From NCBI GenBank assembly GCA_020184695.1, contig JAANOX010000149.1, positions 1 to 64,000 on the forward strand: a DNA stretch of 64,000 bases, in the 5' to 3' direction. The notes beneath the pieces are model-generated. The model was not told the origin of the DNA and ran no database searches. It saw only the letters and a list, made by a program, of their open reading frames with translations. The position numbers and the translations under genes were made by a program. Positions 45,783-55,774 of the stretch are shown here, in pieces; positions within the stretch are counted from its first letter, which is position 1, and every line of letters starts with the position of its first letter. Origin of the DNA: Histomonas meleagridis 2922-C6/04-290x (Eukaryota > Protista > Parabasalia).

Positions 45783-47708
45783 TTAAGGTATATATAACAC
45801 TTTTTTATCATTTCTTAATTCGACGAAGCCTCTTCTTTCCATATCATTTAATCTTCCCATGAATTCGTTATGATCCAACGCGTATCTATTAACCAATTGC
45901 TCATTAACCAAACCCTCCAATTCATTTAAGTTACATAATTTCTTTAATTTCATTATTCTTGCTATAGTTGAATCTATAGCATCATTTTTCATATTATTTA
46001 ATTTTTTATTAATATTATTACTTTTAATGAAACCTTTTTGTGGTAATTTTACAATTACATTTTTATTATTCACTTTAAACTCATTATTCAAAACAAATTT
46101 TTCATTATCTTTTATTAGAATTGGAATTTTCTTAGTACTCAAACTCATTAAACCAATTAATATCATTTCAGACGAAATATTTGGTTCAAAGTCATTTTCA
46201 ACAACGAAATTTTTTTTATTATATTTCAAAAGTATTTCAGCTTGTATACCATTTACTTGAATTTTTATATTTTTACTCACAAAATTCATATAAATAACCC
46301 AATGTTGAATTGGAAATGATAAAATTCGATTCGAAAACAATTTCTTATATTTCGTCACAATATTATTCGTCACAAATATCAAATTTATACACTTAGGAAA
46401 AGTCTCATAAAAAGGCCATAACGAAGAACGTATAAACAATGTGTTATTAATATGGAAATCTAATGATAAATTCGCATCATATAATAACGTGTTAATATCT
46501 TTAAGCTCAAAATTCGATGACGTTTCATTGATTTGTTTCGAAATGTATTTTTCGATCTCGATTTGTTTACTTGTTAATGGTATAAGTCGTCGAATCATAT
46601 TACGTAAATGTAATAATTCGAATTCCGTTCGATACGAAAGATATTTAAGAATCGGCTTCGCGTTTTTGATGTTTCCATCATTTCGCGCTTGTTTATTGAT
46701 ATAACTTATTAAGCTCTTTAAGATGGAACGTGAATCTTTATTAATGTATTGTGAAATTATTCGTTGTATGTTAATTCGTAAGTATTTGTTATCGTTAAAT
46801 GAATTCTGAATTAATTTGTTATAAAATTTTATGGTTTCGCCAAAAGTTGGTAACGCAATATCTTCTTTAAACAGTTGCGTAGAAATGGATTGTATTAATA
46901 TATTTAATGTTTCATTTGTTGGTTCGCAAATTGTAATTAATTCGTACAAAAGTGACAGCGATTGATGATCGCGCATTTCACAATAATTGGATGAATATGA
47001 AAGACATGACTTAAAAAGATCCGTTGTGGTATAGCGATTATATATGTTTTGGATAAGATTTTGGGTAAATGTTTCTGGAAATAAAAAATTGAAATAATTA
47101 ATTTCGTTGTGAAAATAGGTAAGTGAGGCAGTAAGAATATCAGGCGCAGTAAGATTTGAGCTCTTTTGGATGAAAATGTCGGTATATTGAAGACAATTGA
47201 TGGAAAGTAAATTGAAAAATCCACTGGTTTTGTCGGGAAAAACAAATAAAATTAAACGAGATAAGCTTTGTAGGTTTAGGTACTGTGGATTTTGGGTTAT
47301 TTCATCATTATGATAAAGATCAAATTCTGATGCAAATTGTCTTGTAATGAAAATAAAGCTAATGGATTCTTGGGAAATTTCACAAAATTTTGTATTAATA
47401 TAATCTACAAACGAGAAATTTGTAATTCTTTCTGATATTTTAAATAAATTTACAAAACAATCTCGAAAGAAAACAAAATCATTCCAAACATTGGAATATT
47501 TACTTATTATATCCGTCGATTGATCTTGTATATTTCTTGTTATAATATAAGTCAGACAACCTGAAATAATTTCACAAAAATGATTAATGAAATCTTCATT
47601 TGGAGTAACAATTGATAAATGATAAACTAATTGGAAAGCATGAGAAAATGTCATATTTGGTTTTGTATGATTTGAAATATTCATAATGATTTCATGAGCT
47701 TCTTCCAT
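45783..47708 (-). CDS. Divergent cullin
   Basis: C-terminal neddylation domain IDSTIARIMKLKK...RLNDMERRGFVE...VLYIP; N-terminal MTFSHAFQLVY; LRSSLWPF-like segment. Confidence 0.75.
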   Translation of the reverse strand: MEEAHEIIMNISNHTKPNMTFSHAFQLVYHLSIVTPNEDFINHFCEIISGCLTYIITRNIQDQSTDIISKYSNVWNDFVFFRDCFVNLFKISERITNFSFVDYINTKFCEISQESISFIFITRQFASEFDLYHNDEITQNPQYLNLQSLSRLILFVFPDKTSGFFNLLSINCLQYTDIFIQKSSNLTAPDILTASLTYFHNEINYFNFLFPETFTQNLIQNIYNRYTTTDLFKSCLSYSSNYCEMRDHQSLSLLYELITICEPTNETLNILIQSISTQLFKEDIALPTFGETIKFYNKLIQNSFNDNKYLRINIQRIISQYINKDSRSILKSLISYINKQARNDGNIKNAKPILKYLSYRTEFELLHLRNMIRRLIPLTSKQIEIEKYISKQINETSSNFELKDINTLLYDANLSLDFHINNTLFIRSSLWPFYETFPKCINLIFVTNNIVTKYKKLFSNRILSFPIQHWVIYMNFVSKNIKIQVNGIQAEILLKYNKKNFVVENDFEPNISSEMILIGLMSLSTKKIPILIKDNEKFVLNNEFKVNNKNVIVKLPQKGFIKSNNINKKLNNMKNDAIDSTIARIMKLKKLCNLNELEGLVNEQLVNRYALDHNEFMGRLNDMERRGFVELRNDKKVLYIP

Positions 47709-47730
47709 TTTTCATATTTTGCTATAAGTT

Positions 47731-49269
47731 TCATATCACATGTCCCATGTTCGATTCGATTTCTTCTGAAATGAAATCAACAATTGTTTTAATTTCAGCA
47801 GAACAATCTTGATCCGGTGGTATTTTTTCAAGGATTGAATCATTTATAATATCATTAGGTTCGACGAAATTTAATTGATTTTTTAATTCCACAAATTTTC
47901 CATTCATTTGAGCGAATGTGATTATTATAGCAATAGCTCTCAAATAATCACAAATTTCGTCGCTTATGATATCTAACAATTCGATTAAAATTGGCAAAAG
48001 TTCAAATTCATCGATAATTCTTACGAACAAATCAGATGAATCCATCTCAGAAAAGTGCAGAATTATCTGAACGAAAGCTGACGAAATTATTACTTCGTTT
48101 TCTACCGATTCACTTAAATGAAATTTCAATACTTCGACAATCATTTTATGGAAATTTTCCGATTTCTCATTTTGTAGAACCAAAAGAACGATTTCCAACA
48201 CATTTGGATCCAATTTAAACGATTTAACATCTCCGATAGAGTTATTTATGTAATACATTATTAGATCTGTAAGTCCAGCGTCAAAAAATTTTTCGTAATG
48301 CGAATCGAAATCGAATTTTAACAAAGAATAAAGCATTTCAAGTAATGTAACAACAGTTTTTTTTGTGCATTCTCGAACTCTCATGAAAACGAATGGATCG
48401 AATTCATCCGAAAGTATAAATTCGGATAAAAATTCAATGTTTTCATTACAAAACGAATTTAATGATTTTGTTAATAATAAAATAATTCGTTTTTCTGTTT
48501 TTAAATGTTTTTTAGTTTCACTCAATTTAAATATATTGATATAATGGAATATACATCGATAAAGAAATTGGATAATTGGAAACGAATTATTTGATTTGGG
48601 AAGATTTTGAAATATTTTCTGTAAAAATGGTAACGTTGACAAGAAAAAATGATTTGCATCTTGAAGATTTATTATAATTTTTTGGTTTTTATCAATAACT
48701 GGTAATAAATTATTGCCAATTCCTAAAAAAATTGAAATAGAAATATCTATAATTGATTGGTCGACATTAAATAGAAATTCAACACATTTAGGAAACGCTT
48801 GAATAAGATTGTCTAATTGCTTAAATATGATTTGAATAAATGGTGGTTGATGAACAATTTCTTGTGTCGTAAGATATGATAAATAATACGGAATTATTTG
48901 CGCTATTATTATCGATTCAAGTTCAGGAATATTATTTACTGATGCTGTAAAATAACCTAAAACTTGGAATATCTCAGAACAAAGTTGGATATCTAATGAA
49001 ATAGGGTCAGAAACTAAAGCAATAATAAAATCAGGTGGAATAATATGATTTAATTTTTGCTCTTTAATTAAATGATTTAAATCATATAGAAGCTCAATTT
49101 TAGAATCAAGATCTAAATTAGGATATATTTGGAAATTAAAATTACTTAATATATCTTCTTCTTGATTTTCTTCTTCGGGACGAATTTTTATCTCATCTTG
49201 GTCACTCGATTCGTCAATAATCCCTTGAAGAGAAACAGGCCCTAAAGAACCTTTCTTATAATTGCTCAT
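47731..49269 (-). CDS. Hypothetical alpha-helical (ARM-like) protein; probable start ATG 49269
   Basis: Long ORF, L/I-rich helical periodicity, no recognisable catalytic motif. Confidence 0.6.
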   Translation of the reverse strand: MSNYKKGSLGPVSLQGIIDESSDQDEIKIRPEEENQEEDILSNFNFQIYPNLDLDSKIELLYDLNHLIKEQKLNHIIPPDFIIALVSDPISLDIQLCSEIFQVLGYFTASVNNIPELESIIIAQIIPYYLSYLTTQEIVHQPPFIQIIFKQLDNLIQAFPKCVEFLFNVDQSIIDISISIFLGIGNNLLPVIDKNQKIIINLQDANHFFLSTLPFLQKIFQNLPKSNNSFPIIQFLYRCIFHYINIFKLSETKKHLKTEKRIILLLTKSLNSFCNENIEFLSEFILSDEFDPFVFMRVRECTKKTVVTLLEMLYSLLKFDFDSHYEKFFDAGLTDLIMYYINNSIGDVKSFKLDPNVLEIVLLVLQNEKSENFHKMIVEVLKFHLSESVENEVIISSAFVQIILHFSEMDSSDLFVRIIDEFELLPILIELLDIISDEICDYLRAIAIIITFAQMNGKFVELKNQLNFVEPNDIINDSILEKIPPDQDCSAEIKTIVDFISEEIESNMGHVI

Positions 49270-50048
49270 GGATTTTACAGGACATGCTTGGATAAATAAA
49301 CGGTCGAAAATGTACGTTAATTTCAAAAAATGAACATTTTTGCAATGGATATCGAAGCAGACGTAAAAGCATAAGGTTGCCAATCATTAATAAGTATTAG
49401 TGCTGTTAATTATGATTCTTTCAAGGTAAAAATTCATTTGTATTCAAAGTTGAAGTAAAAAGTTTAAACAATTTTTTCAAGGTAAAATTGATTTCAAACT
49501 AATTAACAATAATCATGACAACACCTAGTGTATCTATAAAAACATATTCCATTCAAAATCTGTCTTTGGAGGTTCGAGAAAATTTAATAGAAGTTATTGT
49601 ATACAAATCAGATTTTTATTATAATGTATACAGTTGATTCAAATCAATTTTTAATTTTCCAGCTGGAAATGATCGAGCGTAAAATATTTGTATGGATTAA
49701 ATTGTGGATAAACATCTCAAAATTTTGTGAATACGAATTCGTATTGGCAGAAACAGAACATTTTGCCCACAACTTACTTTTTGATTTTCACTATTTTACA
49801 TTGTTAACCATTCAAAAAGTTAGGATATTTTTCAAAATATGAATTTCTTGTCACAAAAATGATTTTGAACCATATGAAATAAACAAATACTCCACAATAT
49901 AATGTAGGGATAAATATTTATTTAAATTAAAATTTGTAAGAGAACCCAGCAAGGACGTGCAAAACAGCGTCAAATTTGTAATGGTTGCCTGTATAACAAA
50001 ATTCTGCATGAGTGTGCTATTTTTATTTCAAGTTTAATTGAGTTACGT

Positions 50049-53038
50049 TTAAATGTTTTTTTGATAATTTTGAAGTAATTGAATTAATTCATCATAATTT
50101 TTAGAGGTTGCAATCATAAGTGCTGTTTGAAATGTTTTATATAATTTCCAAATATTATTTAGAAATATCAAATTATTAAAATAAATTTTAAACAATATAA
50201 ATAATTATCACTAGCATTAATATCAATTCCTTCTTGTTCAATAAGTAATTTAACTGTTTCAATTTTATTATTTCTAGCTGCCCACATAAGTGCTGTATTA
50301 AATAATATAAATAAACTCCAAATATTAGATTGAAATATCAAATTATTAAAACAAATTTTAAATAAAATAATAAAATATCTTTAGTATTAATATCAATTCC
50401 TTTTAGTTCAAGAAGTAAATGAACTATTTCTCTGTGGTCACACATCGATGCATACATAAGTGCTGTTCTAAATAATTTAAATAATTTCCAAATATTATTT
50501 AGAAATAAAAAATTATTAAAATAAATATTATTTTCAGCATTAATATCAATTCCTTTTTGTTCAAGAAGTAATTTAACTATTTCTGTATGACCTTTATCAG
50601 ATGCATACATAAGTGCTGTATCAAATAATTTAAATAATTTTTAAATATTATTTTGAAATATCAAATTATTAAAATAATCATTAAATAAAACAAATAAATA
50701 TCTTTAGCATTAATATCAATTCCTTCTTGATCAAGAAGTAATCTAACAATATCTGTGTGACCAAATTGAGATGCAGCAATTAATGGAGTCCAAAATTATT
50801 TAAATAAATTCCAAATATAATTATGAAATATATGTTCCAAATAAAATATATTAATCTCTTTAGCATTAATATCAATTCCTTCGTGCTTAAGCAGTAATTT
50901 CGCAATTTCAGGTTCTTTTTCAATAGCTGTTGAAAGGGCAGTATGAAGTTTTATAAACAAATCATGAATAATATATTATAACAAATTATTATTAAAATAA
51001 AATTTAAATAAAACAAATAAACATCTTTTGCATTTATATCAATACCTTCTTGTTCAAGTAGTAATTTAGCAATGTCAATATGACCACATTCTGATGCTAA
51101 AATAAGAGGTGTTCTAAACAATTTGAGAAGAATTCACAAATGATTATATAAAGCAAAATTTTTTGAAAATTCTTTATCTCTTGTATTAATATCAATTCCT
51201 TTTTGTTCAAGAAGTAATTTAATACCATAAAAGTTTTGATTTATTACAGCAATTGTTAATGGAGCCCAAAACAATTTATATAAATTCCATATTATTATTA
51301 TAAATATCATATTATTATTATAAAATTTTTATAGACAAAATAAATATCAAACAAAATAATAAAATATCTTTTGCATTTATATCAATATTTTTTTGATTGA
51401 GAAGAAATTTAACAAGTTTATTGTCATGTGATTCTTCTGCCATCCATAGTAGTGTTTGAAATTATATCAACAAAATCCAAATTATTTAATTAAATTTCAA
51501 GTTATTAATATATACATTATATAAAGTGAACAAAAGTCTTTTGCATTAACATCAATATTTTTTTGTTCAAGAAGTAATGAAACACATTCAATATTCTTAT
51601 CTTTAAATGCTAACATTAATGCTGTTAGAAACTTTAAAAATAATTACCGAGTTTTGATATAAAATTTTAAGTTTTCTTAAATAATATCAAACAAATAGTT
51701 AAAACATTTTTTGCATTAACATCAATGTCTTTTTGTTCAAGAAGTAATGCAACACATTCAATAAAATGTATTTGGATAGCTTTCATAAGTGGTGTATATT
51801 ATAAATATAATAAATTCCAAATTTATAAAATCAGTTAAAACAGCATCTCTTTCATTAATATCAACTTCTTCTATTTGAAGAATGAATTTTATTGTTTCAA
51901 TATTTCCAGATTCAATAGCTTTAAATAATAAATTTTTATACATTTTTTTATTCTCAATGAAATATTTTAAAAGATATGTATTTCCTAAGTATGCAATTTC
52001 TTTTAATATATTCACATTAATGTTTTTATTTTGCATTAAAAATGAAAAAATTTCATAATTATTATATTTGATACAAATTTTTTTCAGCATTTCATCCAAC
52101 ATTTCATTTTTATTTGAGACATCATCGCTTTGTATTATATCCTCTAGATCATGAATTTTTTTATCATAAAAATAATGAAAAATATTATTTTTACGAAACT
52201 TAATTGCTGTTTTATAGGCTTTTTTATATGAAGCTTTATTATTTTCACACAAATGAATAATTTCTATATTTCCTCCGACAATTGCATATTTTAATGTATC
52301 TGCAATATTTGCACCATTTATTAATAAATATTTGAAACATTGTATTGATCCGAAAAATGCTGCATAATCAATTAATGTAACATTTTCATGATTAATAAAG
52401 TCACATCTTTCATAAAGTGATGGTTCAATTGTTTGATTAAAATTAAATTTCGCTTGTGTTGATATGTTTTGAAATTTTTCGATTTCATCATTTCGTATTA
52501 TTTTGGCAATTTCATTTGTGTTGACTCCTTCTTTTATTAATTGTTTATGAAGTTTCCAATTATCTTTTGATAACTCATTGATGTTAGCCAAAAATTGATA
52601 TTGAAATGGAAGAGGTATAACTTGTGAGATTTTAAATGTTTCTTCAATAGTAAGATGATGTGCAAAATAGTATGATAACCTTTGATAACCATTGAAATCA
52701 AACTCATACTGAACTAATCCTTGTTCAATCATTTGTTCATATAAACAATATGATTCTTGGGAAAATATGTTGCATAAATAGTTTGCAAAAACTTCTATAA
52801 TTGTTATGTCATTTTGTATTTGTTTATCAATGTAACAAATAAACTTTATATATAAATTTGGATCTGACTTTCTTATTACAAACGTTATATAAATTAATTT
52901 ACAAAGAAGAATATCAAAAGTAAGTGGTAAACTAGAATCAAATAGATTTATGATAGATTGAGCGGAAGTTTCAAAATTTTCTTCATTCAACCCATAAATC
53001 GTGGATTCCAAGCTCGTTAGCATTTGTAGTTCGTTCAT
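50049..53038 (-). CDS. DUF3447 plus 11 C-terminal ankyrin-repeat protein whose repeats are separated by non-coding spacers (about 770 aa if spacers are removed)
   Basis: First 398 codons open (53038-51845), then 10 intact 29-30 codon blocks (T/A)xL...GIDINAKD and a terminal block ending TAA at 50049. Confidence 0.75.
50127..51844 (-). repeat. Array of 11 AT-rich spacers alternating with ankyrin blocks (about 170-bp unit)
   Basis: Spacers at 51796-51844, 51626-51705, 51456-51535, 51266-51365, 51113-51175, 50943-51022, 50790-50855, 50620-50699, 50467-50529, 50297-50376, 50127-50206. Confidence 0.92.
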
Positions 53039-53279
53039 TTAAAAAAAAAATAAGCGATGAGATGTAAACTATTTGTTTTTGAGAAGGAAAAAAAATTAAA
53101 CGGAAAAAAAAATTTTTCTGAAATTCAACTATATATTGTTACTCTTTGTACATTTTATACATAATATGAATACATCTTTTTAAATTTTATTTTTAATATC
53201 GATTATATCCCTATTTTCAATAATAGAGCATATATTTGTACTGATAATTATCTTAATTAAGCATAAGCATTATGTGAGA

Positions 53280-53517
53280 AATTCTCCAATTGATCATGGT
53301 ATTGTTCAGGATTGGAGTGGCATGAAAAAAATATCTAATCAAATATTTAAATATAAATTAAAAATTGATCCTTCTGAACATCTGATAATTATCCCTAAAA
53401 CTTTAAATGATACACATTGGAAAAGATATGAGATGACAAAACTTTTATTTTACAATTTATAAAGTTCCATCAATAATCATGGGCATTCGTGAAGTTCTTT
53501 CTTATTTTAATATATGA
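53280..53517 (+). pseudogene. Actin/actin-related internal fragment
   Basis: SPIDHGIVQDWSGMKKI...DPSEH...RYEMTKLLF, then +1 frameshift KVPSIIMGIREVLS (compare actin YPIEHGIVTNWDDMEKIW...FNVPAMYVAIQAVLS). Confidence 0.8.
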
Positions 53518-53830
53518 AAAGAAAGATATCCAAACTTTTTCTCAAGATGAAAAATAATTTTATTTATTTTCATAAAGAATCTTCTTCAGAAATTTGTTTT
53601 ATAGCTGATTACCAAAAATATATTTTTAATTTTTCTTAAATTTATTACAAAAGTTTTAGTTAAATGAATATATTGCCAAACATTTATCATAAAATTGTTT
53701 GAATGGATATATTTTGGTTAGAGACAGAAAAACATTTTATGTAACTTCAAACAGCACTTTTATCACAAAAAAAATGTAAACTATTTATTAATTGACTAAC
53801 TTTGCCCAACTTATTTCGAGGTTCCAATTA

Positions 53831-55012
53831 ATGTCGCGACGTTCCAAACCAAATTATTTCTTCATTTTCATCTTCGCTTGTTACGTTTGTATTCTTACGT
53901 TTAACAAGGAGCCAACAGTACAGTTCCAAGCAACATCATCACAACTGATCAATGATCATCCAAAAAATTCTTCATCAACAACAGATTCTTCTCCAATTTC
54001 GCCACTTCCAACGCCAACGCCACGAAATCCCGATGACATTAATGTGGACATTGTCTATACATATGTTGATGGCGATGATCCAGTTTGGAAAGCGAAGAAG
54101 AAACGAACTGAAATACAATGCGGAAAGAACACAAACGAGAAATTAGACAAAGCGCGTTACATTAACATCGAAGAGATTCGTTACTCGCTTCGAAGCGTCG
54201 AATTATTTGCGCCGTGGGTACATCACATATTCATTGTTACTGATAACCAAACGATTCCATTTGTGAAACGGAATCATCCGAAGATTACATACATTGATCA
54301 CACGCAAATTCTTCCGAAGTTTGCATTGCCAACGTATAGTTCAAATGCAATTGAACACGGAATATTAAACATTCCGAATCTATCCGAACATTTCATATAT
54401 CTGAACGACGACTTCTTCTTTTCACGGCCAACAACGAAATGGGAATTCTTCGATAAGGAAACACATCTTCCAATTATCTATGCGAAGAAGAACAATTGGT
54501 ACAACGTGCATCGACAGTATAATGTATTTAAACATTCGAATATAAATGATAAAGACGGCGATGAATATTGGGCTTCGTTACATTACACAGTTAGCGCTTG
54601 CACAAATAAAACAGGTGTCCCACCAAAAGGAGAAGTGCCGCATACAATGATTGCGTTGTCTTTACCTTTAGTCAGGAAGATGAATGAATTATTCAACAAT
54701 GAAATCAATCAAACACTAAAGAAACACTTCAGAAGTTTCCCCGACTTCCAATTCCAGCCGCCGGTAATGCAAACATGTGTAGCGTATAGAGATTTATGTA
54801 AATACGTGGAATTGGAAGGAAGCGCTTTATACGATAATTCGCGTTTCTTTTATTACAAAGGAAGAGATAACCCGTTCGAAGGAATAAATCCAAAAAATTC
54901 GCGATCAATTTGCATTAATTCTGCGTTAGGTGTCACTGAAGAATATTATAAAAATGCAAAGAAATTCTTAGAAAGTTTCTTATCGAAGAAATCAAGTTTC
55001 GAATCAGATTAA
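53831..55012 (+). CDS. Stealth-family hexose-1-phosphate transferase, copy 1 (type II membrane protein); start ATG 53831
   Basis: CR1 VDIVYTYVDGDDP; CR2 EEIRYSLRSVELFAPWVHHIFIVTD...SSNAIE...IYLNDDFFF; CR4 ICIN. Confidence 0.9.
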   Translation: MSRRSKPNYFFIFIFACYVCILTFNKEPTVQFQATSSQLINDHPKNSSSTTDSSPISPLPTPTPRNPDDINVDIVYTYVDGDDPVWKAKKKRTEIQCGKNTNEKLDKARYINIEEIRYSLRSVELFAPWVHHIFIVTDNQTIPFVKRNHPKITYIDHTQILPKFALPTYSSNAIEHGILNIPNLSEHFIYLNDDFFFSRPTTKWEFFDKETHLPIIYAKKNNWYNVHRQYNVFKHSNINDKDGDEYWASLHYTVSACTNKTGVPPKGEVPHTMIALSLPLVRKMNELFNNEINQTLKKHFRSFPDFQFQPPVMQTCVAYRDLCKYVELEGSALYDNSRFFYYKGRDNPFEGINPKNSRSICINSALGVTEEYYKNAKKFLESFLSKKSSFESD

Positions 55013-55774
55013 ATATTATAATATTAATTTATATATATTAAATTTTCAAAAATTAATTGATAACAAATTGAATATAAAAATTGATAGCTTACTTGAAAAG
55101 TGTGCGCGAACAATTTGCATCAAAATTGTATTCAAATTTTCTTTACTTGATGGAAACCGTTAAAATTTGGGCAGACGGTTTTTATAATGGTTGGAATTGG
55201 TTTTGGCTTTGGTTTTAGTGACAAGTCAGTGGATTTTCTCTCCTTGACTTAATAACACACAAGAACTAAGGATGCTTCAACATATATTATGGTGGATTTA
55301 AAATTATGACCAAAAATTTTGATTAATTTCAGAGACACAAAAATAATATGAGATGAATTATTACATCTTATTGTAATGTCTCTTGTAGTCATAATATCAT
55401 AATATAAAAAGAATAAGAGAATTAAAAATTTTCAATTGAGAAATGTGTTAAAAAAATTCGGTAAAATTGAATTAAATGGATAACAACAACACTGTGCGTT
55501 ATTTGCTATAGATAAGGATCGTCAAAACGTCGAGTAATTTGAAATATATTGATAATGAATTTCGATCACCAAAATAATTTCTTTTTATAACCCTTAAAAA
55601 GTGTTTATCATCAATATCATCAATGTGTGAGTATATTTTCACCTTTAAAAATCGAAAATTAAATAATATTTCTCTTGTAGATATTTGAACCACTTTCCAG
55701 TTTCCATTTGAACCAATTTGTCACAGCTACAAATTGACTAACTTTGTCCAACTGATTGCTCAAGTTCCGTTTTA

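Noticed and set aside
49597-49842. 81-aa plus-strand ORF (TTG start)
   Set aside because: Low-complexity AT-rich composition, no ATG, no recognisable motif.
50338-50610. 90-aa ORF as a stand-alone ankyrin gene
   Set aside because: It begins at an internal Met of a repeat block and reads through the one stop-free spacer; it is part of the 50049-53038 gene.
50127-51844. Ankyrin array as a CRISPR array or as ordinary GT-AG introns
   Set aside because: The conserved units are protein-coding blocks. Ten of 11 spacers offer no in-frame GT..AG pair near the ends, and the ACAG in ACA GCA is coding and absent in several repeats.
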